In this document: positions 39,682 to 51,880 of the stretch, piece after piece
Layout: every line of letters starts with the position of its first letter
Numbering within the stretch: the first letter of the stretch is position 1
DNA from: Massalongia carnosa
Lineage: Eukaryota
Assembly: GCA_965645245.1 (NCBI GenBank)
Contig: OZ287072.1
Coordinates: 1,178,001 to 1,242,000, forward strand
DNA: 64,000 bases
Direction: 5' to 3'
Program-made: the position numbers and the translations under genes
Notes under the pieces: generated by a model
Database searches by the model: none
Told to the model about the DNA's origin: nothing
Seen by the model: only the letters and a program-made list of their open reading frames with translations

Positions 39682-40131
39682 ATGCACCATCTCCTCGCCA
39701 TCATCCTCGTGATTGCCTTTCTTCCTCCCCCAAGTACCACCACCATCATCCTCCCCGCTATTAACGCCACCCTAACAACACCGATTCATCCCGCTTCATT
39801 CTTAACGCTCCTCGCCTCCTTCTTTCTCCCCATCGCCCTCCACCCTCGCGCCCCAGTCGAAACCCCTCCAACCGAATACCTCCCCTACCCCCCACCAGCA
39901 AACTACGTCTGGCCTCCCGGCACCTCGCCCCAGACAGAAAATCCGCAGCCCTCGGAGAGCGACCCGCCCCCAGGCTTCTATACCGATGCCGGTAATGGCG
40001 CAGCGAGTGGTCGGAACGGGAATGGAGGGGGGGAGGGCATTAGATCGCTAGCTACGTCCCTGCGTACGGAGGTGGCGTGGGTAAGGGTTTTGGCCTGGGG
40101 GGTGCGGTTCACGGGGCGGAGGGGGCGATAG
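39682..40131 (+). CDS. Candidate orphan Pro-rich secreted/surface protein (149 aa)
   Basis: ATG-started ORF with hydrophobic N-terminus, Pro-rich middle, Gly-rich spacer and amphipathic C-terminus. No homology recognised. Confidence 0.35.
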   Translation: MHHLLAIILVIAFLPPPSTTTIILPAINATLTTPIHPASFLTLLASFFLPIALHPRAPVETPPTEYLPYPPPANYVWPPGTSPQTENPQPSESDPPPGFYTDAGNGAASGRNGNGGGEGIRSLATSLRTEVAWVRVLAWGVRFTGRRGR

Positions 40132-40595
40132 AGGGAGATTTACTCTAAGCGCGTTTGGTACGGGGGGTGGGAGACTAAGGCGTGAGGGGAGTCTTCTATC
40201 ACGGGAGGAGGGGCTGGCAGGATGGGATGGGATGGGATTGCAAGAAGGGAAAAGATCTATTAGATGGTGTTGGTTGGTTGTTGATGGGTTATTTAGGCGT
40301 GCCCGTGTCCGAGCACTGATGGGACATCGATGAAGGAAGGACGGAGGCGGGGTTAAGGGGAGTGGATTTTGGGTTAGAGATAGCTAAGGGGCACCTCCCC
40401 CTTCCCAACCATAAAAAACCAGGTAATCCTCTCTCCCATAAGTATACAATATTCCTCCTAACTCCCCCATTTGTACCTGCCGAGCTTATGAGGATTTTTA
40501 TCCATTGCCCTCCCATCCTCCCACTTTCTTCCTTTCTTTCCTTCCCCCTTAGCTATCTACCTGGCCGTATATACACCATAGCCTATCTAGCCCCT

Positions 40596-40875
40596 TCATA
40601 ATATCATCCCATCCTCTTCCCCACCAACCACGCCGGCCCCCCCTTCCAGCGCCCGCACCAGAATCTCCACGCTGCCCCCTTCCTGTCGGAAGTCGCCCGC
40701 GTGCCGGAGCCGGTCCAGGTCGCTCGCGAACTCACGCGTTGCTTGCGCAAGGTAGTATTGGGAGAAGGTTTGTTCGGGAGGGGGTTGGGGTTGTGGATGG
40801 AGGTGGGGGGAGGGGGTGGTGGTGGTGGGTTGGGTGGGATGATGGGACGGGGAGGAGGGCGTGGATTGCAATGGG

Positions 40876-40946
<71 letters not shown>

Positions 40947-41165
40947 GAGAGAGGAGGTGATGGTAGTGGGCTGTGAGGTTTTGGAGCTTGGGTGTGGGTT
41001 TCGGTTCGATTTGGATTCAGATTTGGGTTTTTGTAGTGGCGGGTTGGTTTTGGATTTGGATTTGGATTTTGCCTGGAATGGGTGTGAGGGGAGAATCCTA
41101 GCTAGGAGCGGAGGGTGAGGGGTACAGTGAGAGGAATGATGGGGTAGGTCGGACGGGGGTACCAT
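40596..41165 (-). CDS. RSA3: Rsa3-like ribosome assembly protein with poly-Ala tract
   Basis: C-terminal FSQYYLAQATREFASDLDRLRHAGDF..VEILVRALEGG resembles the Rsa3 domain. The N-terminus is low complexity and the start is uncertain (first ATG at 41165). Confidence 0.7.
40878..40946. repeat. (TGC/GCA)23 trinucleotide repeat
   Basis: 69 nt of perfect repeat; encodes 23 Ala on the minus strand. Confidence 0.97.
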
Positions 41166-41829
41166 TGTTCCTTGGGAGATGCTCCTGTGGGAGTGATTTG
41201 CCGCTGGGTGATGTGGACGAGAAAGTTCTTTCAAAGAGGTATATTCTCTAGGACGTTCACATGAAAATTATAGAAAAAATAAAAAAGAAGAGTGAGAGGG
41301 CTCGAACTGTGGATAATAATCCTAAAAAAATGAATTTATTCGGCGCAAAGCGGAAGCAGAGGGATTCCAAAGATTGATAAACGGAGATTTCTGGGTATAC
41401 CACGACCATCTCTGGTAAAAGGCAAGAAATGGATTCTGAACTAGTATTTCCCACTCCTAAAAATATCTTTTTCTTATTTAATTATATATTGTTAAATTAT
41501 TTTAAATTACTATATTGAAATATATATACCTGTGCCTCTATCAGTATTATCAACTTCTTTCTTCTTCCTTTTATATCTAATTGGTTCTGCTTGTTTAAGC
41601 GAGTCGTTAAGTCCGTTTTGCAATACTTTAACGTAGATATAGTAGAATGTGGTCTACGCCCAAGATATGCTCTTTGGTTCATTATTTACTGCGATTGTGC
41701 TGTCACTTATTTGCGTATCATTTCTCGCGTTTTGTTATATCTATTCCTATTCATACACATGTCAATGACAAGATGAATTTACCCTAAAGGTATACCGTCC
41801 TTGGAACTATTCGGAATATTATTCCTCTC

Positions 41830-42230
41830 TTAATAGTATACACAGTTCTGTACTTGCATATTTCCAAATTCTATTCAGTTAGAGATTTCGAATAGTTTTT
41901 CTAGCATCTAATAAGTTGGATTTTAAAAATATTCTGCGAAGCTGTGACTACCGGTGGAAATGGTTAGACGAAGATTGGTGCGCGGTCAACGGCCTTGAAG
42001 ACGATCTGCTCGGTTTTCTAAGCTGACACAAGAAGACGCCGAAACTAGAAACCATTTTAAGGGCTAGTGTATTTGGAGGGCAGATCATGAGAAACACTGC
42101 TGACGTAGATGAGAGGTATGACCCGATAGCAACATAGGTTGCTGTTCGCCCCATCAAGCTCAGTGTTCATCATTGTCCAGCTAGAGGAGAGGGCGCCCAG
42201 CGCCATGAGGGACATAAGATGGAATGAGTA
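41830..42230 (+). pseudogene. Possible decayed gene fragment in an AT-rich block
   Basis: Plus frame LASNKLDFKNILRSCDYRWKWLDEDWCAVNGLEDDLLGFLS*HKKTPKLETILRASVFGG..DPIAT* is protein-like with two stops, next to TA-rich DNA (41460-41940). Confidence 0.3.
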
Positions 42231-42309
42231 TAGGTAATTTCTTGCAGAGCAGAGCGTTGGCGGACAGCAAATTGGCCGCTCACGAGACTCCTTTTCGGCC
42301 TCTCCTATA

Positions 42310-42327
42310 CCCTAACCCTAACCCTAA
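42310..42327. repeat. Interstitial telomeric-type repeat (CCCTAA)3
   Basis: ccctaaccctaaccctaa seen directly. Confidence 0.8.
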
Positions 42328-43773
42328 CACATTAAAAAACATCCTTCTACAGTCTCAAATCAGCCTGTGTGGATGTCTCTCTATAATAGCACCTAATATA
42401 CCCGAAAAAGGTTGTGAAAATAAAGACAGCCAATCGTTTCATCGGCTTGTATGAGCAACCAGTAATTTACTGTTTAAACAACCCCCAAGCGCGAGTTGTT
42501 ACTCCTATATGCTGCTTTGGTTTTATCCAATGAAATCCCGTCCACATTTTCTTCCAACATAGTCTATATCTTCCCACCTCTCCATCCGATTTCTCTACTT
42601 TCATATCAACCTCCCACTCTCCCTGTTAGAATTCTATACTGGACGTTGAAGAGAACAGAGGGGAAGGGTAGAATGAGAGCTAATGAACAAAGATAGTGTA
42701 GACAAAGATGTACGAACAATGATAGGTAATAGAATAAGAAACGTAAAAGGGGTAGTTACTAGAAGGGCGAATTTTCGGCGTTGATGATAAAGGGGAGTAC
42801 GGGAATGAAATATAAAACGGAATTTGAGGGATAGGTAATGCGAAGAGTTCATGGAGAAAAATTCCCGGGGAGGGGAAGCAGTGGCAGCGACAGCGGCAGC
42901 GGTGGGAATAGTCATTAATTGTAACTAATAGTAACAGTAAGCGTAACCCAAAGCTTACGAAAAGAAAAAGGGAAGGGAAAAGGAAAAACCGAACTTAGGT
43001 CGATGGAGTAATCAGGCCAGCTTAGCTTATATAGTCGAGTTATTCCGGTTTATATCAGGCAGAATATGAAGTATAAACACGTGCACAAGCACAATATAAA
43101 CATAAATCCATGCACAGAAGGAAGCAAAAGCCATCTATTGATTGGGAAGGTCGGAACCTATCCCCGTCCCTTCTTCCCGTTCCCTGTTTCCTTTTTCACA
43201 AAAGCTAGGTAGGTATGCACTACAATTACAGATAACCGATATCCCCCCGGCCCTGGAACACAAGGGGAGGCAAGGAAGGGGAGGGGAAGGAAAGGGAACG
43301 GGAGAAAACGCCTATTTTTATGGGAGAGATATAAATGTGAGAAGAGGGAGTGATGAAGGGAGTATTTGTGCAGCAAGGAAGTAATTTTGTGATTACTGGA
43401 TGAGAAGGACTGCAAATCTCAACCCCCCACTTTGCTACAGTTCGACTGGTTCGGAGAGGGTTAGCATGGGTACAGAAGGTGGGGCGTGGTTGATTCTCAT
43501 CATTTGAGGGTTGGGAGGGAATCGAGGTTGGGGCTGGATGGAGGACGCAGCTGCGGATTTTGAATGCGGAGGCTGGCCAAGAGAGCAGAAGGCGATTGAT
43601 GGAAAGGTAGTTGATAGAGCTTGCTTGTAGCCAAGAAGGGTAGAAGCGCTAGGGAAGCTTGAAGGAGGAGTGATTGTTGGCAAACAAGAAGGAAGTATCG
43701 GAGGCCATGTCGAAGACCCCAAAAAGAGAAGTATAGCGGCTCACCCGCCACCCGCTCACCCCACCGGAGAAAC

Positions 43774-45746
43774 TCATCCAGGATATCCGGTCGGTTTGGC
43801 CGCCAAGATGGCCATGTTCTCGCGCTGAGCCTTTTCCTGCTCCATCTGGACCTTCTCTGCCTTGGTAACGCGAGGCTTTCGAGTTGGGGGGGTAGGTTTC
43901 GCTGCTGCGGAGCCTCCACGTCTTGTACCACCCCCTCTCCTACTTCCTCCCCTTCCTTTTCCTCGTCCGCGCTTGGTAGTCCCCTCGGCTCTGCGCTTTG
44001 GGGTTAGCACAGCGATGTGAAATGTTAGTTTGGAGACAAAAAAACTTACCTCTCGACATTCGCCTTTTCTCCCTCCGGCACCAATGGCCCGCTGTAGACG
44101 AAAAACCCGTCCTTGCTTGCCGCCGCTTGCTCCTCCCACGCCAACTCGGTGTCATCCACAAACGGGTCGTCTTTGTCGTAGTAATCCTCCTTCATGAGAC
44201 GTTTCTTTGGCGCCTTCTTCAGCAACGTCGCTTCACTACCTTCTCCACCCGACCGACCTAGGCCCCCCATGTCTACATCGTGCAGGGAAGTACCTCCCAT
44301 TTCAACATTACTATCGTCACCTCCCCCATCGTTCTCTGAAAGGTCCACAGACATTTCGTCAGCGGACACACCAGACCCCGAGTTGCGTGCTATTTTATGG
44401 GCATATTCGATCGCAGCGCCTGCTGCAGCGACTCGAGCAAGTCTTTCCCGCTGCGCAGCTAGTCGCGGGTGCAACGCATTGAACCCGTAGCGTTCCTCGG
44501 CCATCCGAGCGAAATTGACGTATTTATTATCGGCACCGTCCAACGAGACATCAAAAATCACGGTTGGCGCACTCCTTTCTGGTCCTGCATTGTCGTAAGC
44601 CCCACCAAACATTGCACTCGAGAGTAAACCATTCCCAGATGGAAGGGGGATGGTAGGCTCCCTTTGTCGAAACGGCTTGGGAGAATGTGCTGTGGATGAG
44701 GCACCGGTGCTGGTGCTGTTAGATTTTTTCATCAGGGTTGTGGTTCGACCCGAGGTCGGACATCCCTGGTCCATGTCGACATCTAGCGTTGACATCGCAT
44801 TATTATTCACAGCCTGGACATTTGCCACCGACGAATCTCTGATCGAGCTTGTCGTTTGTTCAGCATGGATGTTGGGCGGAGGCGATAGGCGGGGCTTTTT
44901 GTTGGTTGGTGACAACGGTGCCTGCATATCGTTGTTGCGCTTGGGAGGTTTTGGAAAATTGTATGATGGATTCGAGGGCTCAATCAAACTAGCAATCGAT
45001 GGTGACGCACTCGCGCTCGCATATTTCGGTGGTGCCTTTGGTGGCGTTGGTGACCTGACGGGCGCATTGTACGAATTGTGGGGTGATCGTGTGCGAGATT
45101 CGATCGTGGCGGAACGAATGGGATCATAGTTTTGACCGCTACTCGAACGTGGGGTTGTTGACGGCATTGCCTGACCTGTGCTTGAAGTGGCGGAGTTGGC
45201 GATAGCTTCATTATTTCCATTTTGGTGTGGTGGGGTACTAGCGAGAACACCAAAGTCGCGGGGTGGAAGCGACGATCGTACAGTGTCGGTAAATTTAGAT
45301 TGACGGGGTTGGTGTTGTGCAGGTGCGGAGTGTATGTCACTCGACTCAACAACGACAACCTTCCTTTTCCTTCCGACAGATGATGATGAGCCTGGTGCAG
45401 CTCGTGGTTTCCGAACCTTTACATGCGGTTCCTTCACATCAGTTGCCGTGGTGGTGGTGGATGATTTGCTTTCATGTTTACTGTTGGATTCTCTTTTCTT
45501 ACGAGGTTTCTTGACCACTGCGGTGTTTTTAGCGAGCCTTAGCTCCGTTGCTTTCTCTCCTCCAACTTTAACAGTGACGTTGCCATTTGTTGATGGTAAT
45601 ACATGCGTTGGATGAGCGACGGGTATTGACGGGGAGATTGCGTTGCTTGGTGAATGTACGGACGGAGGAGAGGAAAGACCTGGCGAAGAGCTGCAACTGG
45701 TACGACCGGCATCGCGCGGTCGAGGAACTTCGGTTGCTGTTGCCAT
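43774..45746 (-). CDS. HPC2: Histone promoter control protein Hpc2 / ubinuclein-like HIR complex subunit; 2 exons
   Basis: HRD/HUN domain YYDKDDPFVDDTELAWEEQAAASKDGFFVYSGPL and NFARMAEERYGFNALHPR. An intron at about 44049-43992 leads to an RG-rich tail ending GYPG*. Confidence 0.9.
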
Positions 45747-46351
45747 GATTCCTTTAAATCTTTGACCAGCTGAGCAGCAAAAAACTCAGCCTCTTGAGAA
45801 CTATGATCCTCGTAACATTTACACCAAGGCACGCAGACGACCAAGGGGGTATTTCCCAGTATGAAAGGCTTGAGGGGGTGGTTGAATGATTAGATGCCGG
45901 GGCAAAAAGCGTGGTCGGCTGCAAAAGTCGCGATAGCTTCAGAAAGGAGCGTCGATGTTGGGCTGTGCGTTTGGCATCCGGTTTCCTTATCGATCAGGGC
46001 TCGTTTGGAAAGATACGATCCTGGTGAAACTTGCGCCTGTATGCCACGTTAAGAAAGTATCATTAGAAAAAGATGATCAGGATGAAAAAGGTCGTGATGT
46101 TGATGATCGTTTTATTTTTGGGAGCGGCGAAAGAATGTAAATGAAGAAAGAAAGGAAAAAGGTGAATGGAAATGGGAATGGGGAGATGGGGGGTAATGGG
46201 CTGGTCGAATTCTTTGGCGGAAGGAAGAAAGCACTAGGTTTGACACACACAGCACACAGACGAAGCAAAAAAAGGCACCAGTTCCGGGTCGGAAACAGCT
46301 GGGGAACACATCATCTAACTATTGGGGGGGGAAAGAGGATTCACTGGATTC

Positions 46352-46396
46352 ACTGCGACTGCGACTGCGACTGCGACTGCGACTGCGACTGCGACT
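46352..46396. repeat. (ACTGCG)n hexanucleotide repeat
   Basis: About 7.5 units seen directly. Confidence 0.9.
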
Positions 46397-48276
46397 ACGC
46401 CTACACCGACTACGAACGGCTAAAATTACAGTTGAGGGAGGATCCTGGGTAATTGAGGGGGGGGAGATCGGGCAGTCTGCCGGATGCCAGCCTGCAAGTG
46501 GTGCAGCATGCGAGAAAGAAAACCGAACAGATGAGCGATATGGGGGATTGGGGGACGGGGGATGGAATGGGGTGTAGTCTGTAGTATGGAAAGGGGAGAA
46601 ATGAGAGAGCGAGGGAGCGAGGGAGTGAGAGAGACGAGAAAAATGAGAGGCCAGACCAGAAGGGGAAAGCCCCCTCTCTCCCATGAACAGGCTCTCCTTG
46701 CTCTGCAGACCTTCGGATTTGAGATGCAATCACGGTCATCGTAGTCGTGATCTTGCATTCATTGGTAGATTGTGTTGTATAATAGGACTACCGTGACCCG
46801 CTGATGGCGGATGACTGTTGGTGGATGGGCCTGTGCTAAAAAGGCCCTCGCGTTCCTCTCATCATGGGGGATCTTCCGATCAAGTCGTACCTGTCTTCCA
46901 TACATAATCCCGCATGTATAAGGGATAGCTTGCAGATCTAGCAAAAGCCGGGTGGCTGTAACGAACAATTGAGTTCTGATACTCTCCAGCCTGAATTAGT
47001 AACAAGGAATGTGTGATAGGAGGCGAGTTTTGTTTTCCTATTGTTCATGAACTGCATAACGACACGGTCGACGAGCTGGTGCGACAGAGACAGTGGAAGT
47101 TTTGCAACAGGAGACGGAGTTCCAGAGTAAAGAGAACGAAGATGGGAGTCTGACTGTGGCTGGTAGGTGGCTGTTGGGTGGCTGGATATCGCGGCGCTAA
47201 TACTCATTAGTGACTAACGCTACTCTAGTAATATCTTAGTCAAATACCTTATTTCCTGTCGGCTCCAAACTCCTGTAGGCGGTGGGTGAAAGCATGAAAC
47301 ATCATGCCGGTGATTGGTACCCACGTATCAATATATTACTTTATTCTGTCAATTTGTTGAATGATACAAAGTACTTCCGATTCTTCTAATACCTTCCATA
47401 CATCCTGTTAACATAAATATAACCCTACGGAGTAGAATAACAGAAGAGACACGTCTTGTCTCACTGTTGTCTATGATATTGCTCGTTTCTCTGAAGAACA
47501 AAAGCCTTGAAAAAAAAAACCAAAAATGCAGCCTTCCACATCCGTTCTGTGAGGGCTATGCTAACTTTGCCGCTTTTGACTGACAGAAATTGTGAAACGG
47601 CGGATTGTCGTTGCGGCAGAAGATCACGAAGTACAGTTCTCACATAGGCCTGCAACACAAATCCTTTCACACCCTCATTTATATATCGTCATTCTTCCTG
47701 AAAGACGCTTGTTTGCGAGGAGGAAGTCATGCATTACTATTATGAAAGAAAGGGACAACGGAAGTATTGGATGGTTTGGGTTAAAATCAAATCTGGTTCG
47801 ATACGCTAAGGGCAAGGACTGACCTGCATTGATTCAAAGCCTACTGCCAAAGCTGCGGACATGGTGGGCACGCAACTGGCTTTGGTCGCAACGCAGCGTA
47901 CATGGGGAGAATGAGAAGGAGTAGGCAAAGAATATGAACATTGAGCAACGAAGAAGGTCCTGATGGACGGGTACAGATAGACAACTGGCAGGCTCTAAGA
48001 TCGAGACAATGGACGTTTCTTATTCGATTATCCATTGAAATAGTCATTTTTCATTAGATGAAGATTGCATAGATAGAATGCAGCTTGCGAAACAGCGTGT
48101 CTTGTGTAGGAACGTGACTTTAGCTGCCTGAAATCTTGAGTCGTTTCCTACGCACTTTACAACATCTTAAACGCATTGGAGCGCGACGCTGAATTCGCAC
48201 CATTGAATCAACAGAACTCGAATTTATGTTGCAAGCTTCGTGAAGACCTACATCTTAATCTGACATAATTTTCATC

Positions 48277-49644
48277 ATGGCGATGCGAGGCCAGCGCTTT
48301 CACATTGACCTCTCATCTGATGACAAAGCTGATACATCCCAGACATCGAAGCAACTATTCACTTTTACTTCTTTATCAAGCCTTGTGGGCGACATTAAAG
48401 AGCGAAGCCCCTCATCCATTTCAATATCCCCATCGCCGCCCCAGATTAAGAATTCCGAGTCAGGCTTTCCCGCCCACAAGAAACTGGCTAGACCTTCGGC
48501 CTTCAAAAAAAGCAGAGCTAGTCAATCTGCAAAATTCGAGGCAAACTCGCCTTCTACTACCTACTCCGAAGAATCTATATATGGCAACCGCGGGTTATTG
48601 GACTCGGGGAAGAAGATCGGTGAAAGGCAGAAGATCGACGAAGAAAATAAACAACGTCTTGCGCAAATGTCACCTGAGGAGATTGAGGATGCCAGGAAGG
48701 AGTTATTGACAGGACTGAGCCCTTCCCTGATTGAAAAATTCCTTAGAAAGGCCAATATCGACGAAGGGCGCACGGATTCCGATATCGAATTTGAGCCCAC
48801 AGACCCGAAAGGCATACTGTCTGAATATGAAACCGCTGGGAAACAGATTGGCTCTATCAACGGACGGGAACCTACAGACCAAAGAGACACATCAAATTCA
48901 CAAAGTCCCGTCAAACAAGTCACCTTTGGGATCCCAGATTCCACCCTCTTACCAAAAACGCAACCGCAAACGCAACCTCCAGCTCGCCACTCAGACCTTG
49001 ACCTCCCACCTATAACCCCACCTCCGGACCTTCTCCCCGCCTCCAAGACTCCTCCACCCCTCACACTCTCTCCCAACCTCCCCCCGGCTCCCACCCTCGA
49101 CCCCTCCTCCCCCACATTTCTCTCCTCCCTTCACAACACCTACTTCCCCTCCCTCCCCTCATCCCCATCCTCTCTTTCCTGGCTTGTCCCCTCCACACCA
49201 TCCGAAAATGCTTCTTACTCACCATCCCTTGCCTTCCTTACCCCATCTGCCCTCCGCTTCGATTTCCGCGCCCACCTTCTCCCCCCCCGCCTTGCCGATC
49301 AGATCCCCACCACAAAAGGCCTCCACCACCACGCCGCGGCCCCCGACGCGGCGGGCTACACCATCCCAGAGCTTGCCCGACTAGCGCGTAGCGTAGTGCC
49401 CGCTCAGCGCTGCATGGCGTTTCAGACCCTGGGGCGCCTGCTGTATCGGCTTGGCAGGGGCGATTTCGGGCATGAGGGGGAATTAGCCGAGAGTTTGTGG
49501 GGGCTGATGGAGGAGGGGAAGGTGGTAGAGTGGTTGGTGCATGCTGCGGCGGAGGAGGGGGGGAATCGCACTTGCTGGGTTACGGCCACGGAGGCTGTAT
49601 GGCTGTGGCGGAAAGGGGGAGGGAGGAGGTTGAAGGCTGAGTAA
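48277..49644 (+). CDS. RBA50: RNA polymerase II-associated protein Rba50/RPAP1
   Basis: RPAP1_N (IDEENKQRLAQMSPEEIEDARKEL) and RPAP1_C (LRFDFRAHL..GLHHH..AAGYTIPELARLARS..AQRCMAFQTLGRLL); single ORF. Confidence 0.93.
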   Translation: MAMRGQRFHIDLSSDDKADTSQTSKQLFTFTSLSSLVGDIKERSPSSISISPSPPQIKNSESGFPAHKKLARPSAFKKSRASQSAKFEANSPSTTYSEESIYGNRGLLDSGKKIGERQKIDEENKQRLAQMSPEEIEDARKELLTGLSPSLIEKFLRKANIDEGRTDSDIEFEPTDPKGILSEYETAGKQIGSINGREPTDQRDTSNSQSPVKQVTFGIPDSTLLPKTQPQTQPPARHSDLDLPPITPPPDLLPASKTPPPLTLSPNLPPAPTLDPSSPTFLSSLHNTYFPSLPSSPSSLSWLVPSTPSENASYSPSLAFLTPSALRFDFRAHLLPPRLADQIPTTKGLHHHAAAPDAAGYTIPELARLARSVVPAQRCMAFQTLGRLLYRLGRGDFGHEGELAESLWGLMEEGKVVEWLVHAAAEEGGNRTCWVTATEAVWLWRKGGGRRLKAE

Positions 49645-49996
49645 TTGATGAGGGAACGGACGGATGGATGGATGGGTGGATGGATACGTGCATGGGGTTT
49701 GCTGAGCGATGTTTAACCAATTCTATTGAAACTTTCCCCATGCACTACCCCGTGAGAGATCTGATCGGGTTCCAATGATACTGCTCTCAATATTATAGGT
49801 AGCCAGCCAGCCAGCCTCCTCCCTATTCACTCTTCCAAGCGTGACCCCGATAAGCCCGAAACTCAACTATGATACATGTTTCCCCTGCCGCTCGGTTTAG
49901 TTTTAGGTGTCAGCAAGCCAAAAACGACATCCCCAATCCTTCGGAAAGTAACACTCCCTGTTTCACTTAGGATAATATTCAGGTAACTCCCTTCTC

Positions 49997-51441
49997 TCAC
50001 CCTCCACTAGCACCCATAACACCACCAACACCAACAGCTTTCAGAATCGTCTCCAGCCCTCCTGCTTTAATCTCCCTTTCCCTTTCCCTTCCTCCTCCTT
50101 TACCCCCTTCCTCCTCCTCCGGATCCGAAGTAGAAGAGCCAAACCTAGCGGCAATCGCCCTCCAATATCCATCAGGCACCCGCTCTGCAGGGAGGAGCAC
50201 GCTCCAGTTCGGGCTCAGGGCCGCTTTCAGCCAGTGGAAATCGTCGACATGGGACCATTGGTTTTGGGTGGGAGGAGGGGGTATACTGGATAGAGAAGAG
50301 GGAGAGGATGGGGAATCCTAAGGGGAGGGAAAAAAGGAGGTGGTTAGTGTGGGTATAGTTCTTACAATGGTTCATACTAATGCTCTTGTAATAGCTGGAC
50401 TGAGTCAAGATAAAGCCAAGATGAAAATGTGGAGGAAAGAAAAGAGGATAAAACAAAAAAGGTGGCAAAAAGGGCCTTCAAACTCACAAACACGGCCGAC
50501 AACGGCGCCACCTTTATCCCGCTGCAATCCTCAATGATAGGCCGGCCGCTACACCACAGATACATGACGCAATCCATACATTCGTGCATGCGCACCTGCC
50601 GGCTGCGTATCAGTAGCACGGAGTTGCGCGCACGGGTAATGTGTGCGGCGCCGGCGACGGAACCACAAATTAGCAGGCTGTGGGTTATTTCAGTAAGGGT
50701 GAGAGTTGCGGATGGGTGGGGGTGGGCGGAGAGGTCAATGAAGCTATTGCGGATGCAGATTAGAGAGATGGAGGTGAGCGGCGAGGGAGAAGGGGGGTTG
50801 AGGTGGGTTGAGGAGAGGGAGATAAGGGTTAGGGTTTTGGAGTCGGATGTGATTGGGGTGATAGATTTGGAGGGAGGAAAAGGAATGTGATTGAGAGTGT
50901 TTGGTGAGGGGCGAGGTTGGGTAGAGGGAGTTTCTCGGGTTTGTTGTTGGTGGGGTCCGGTTGTGTGGGTGGTAAATGGGGAAGTTGAAGATGCCTGTGA
51001 AGAGGAGGGTTTCTTAAAGGCGAATTTTCGTCGGGGGGCTTGGCTGAGCCGGGCTTCTTGGAGTCGCTGGCTTAAACCTCGGAGAGCCTGTGTTAGGTGC
51101 CGCCAATTAGTGATGAAAATACCTAGAATGAAAGAAGGCGGTATCAATATACCTCGGAATAAATGCGCTGGTCGTAAGGGGGAATGCTGCTTGATACATC
51201 GCTGACTTGACGGGAGAGGGACGCGATGTCCGCAAGAGAGCGATCGATTACGTCCGCTCGATCTCTTGAGGTTAGAGATGTGGCATGAATCCGATCAATT
51301 TGTTGCTCCAATACTGTTAGGGTAAGTTTGTTGAAGTTCGCTGCTGAAGGTAGAGCTATTCTGACCAATTTGCTGCAATTGGAAGTGCTCAGAGAAGCCC
51401 TCTTTTACATTGGGTTCTTTCGAATCCTCGCTTGAGGACAT
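49997..51441 (-). CDS. TBCC: Tubulin-folding cofactor C; 4 exons
   Basis: IPPYDQRIYSE, APRRKFAFKK, GSVAGAAHIT..RQVRMHEC..PIIEDCSGIKVAP and NQWSHVDDFHWLKA..SPNWS after splicing. Confidence 0.9.
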
Positions 51442-51880
51442 TTCGTGTGAGAGGTGGAAGAAGCGTGAATTGGAAGTGGATTGGAAGTGGATTGGGTTTA
51501 GATAAGGTTTTTAAAAACGTCAAGTAGAGATCAACGAGGGGAAGTTAGGTCGTTTGTTTGATAAATCAAACTAAAAGAGGGTTTAAATGGTGGCATAACA
51601 CAAGTTGAGCTTCTATCAACAGATTTTAAAAGCAATTAATATGACTGACAGCGATAGAAATGAAGAGTCTATACCGGATGCTTTGGGGCGGGCGGCCTTG
51701 CCGGTTTCCCCGCGTTGTAACTTCATCCAATACGAATAACTACCTCTTGACAGCCCAAAGTTGCGCTCGTATGCGGGTCTGATTTTCACTGTTTTTGAGG
51801 AAGATTGGGAGGTAGTGCGAGAGCATAGTAATGGTCCTGCATGAAATTGAGCACGAGGACTTTTATAACCTGTAAAAATT

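Noticed and set aside
46723..46758. Imperfect hairpin ATGCAA-TCACG...CGTGA-TC-TTGCAT
   Set aside because: A single short stem with no snoRNA, snRNA or tRNA boxes; not enough to call an ncRNA.
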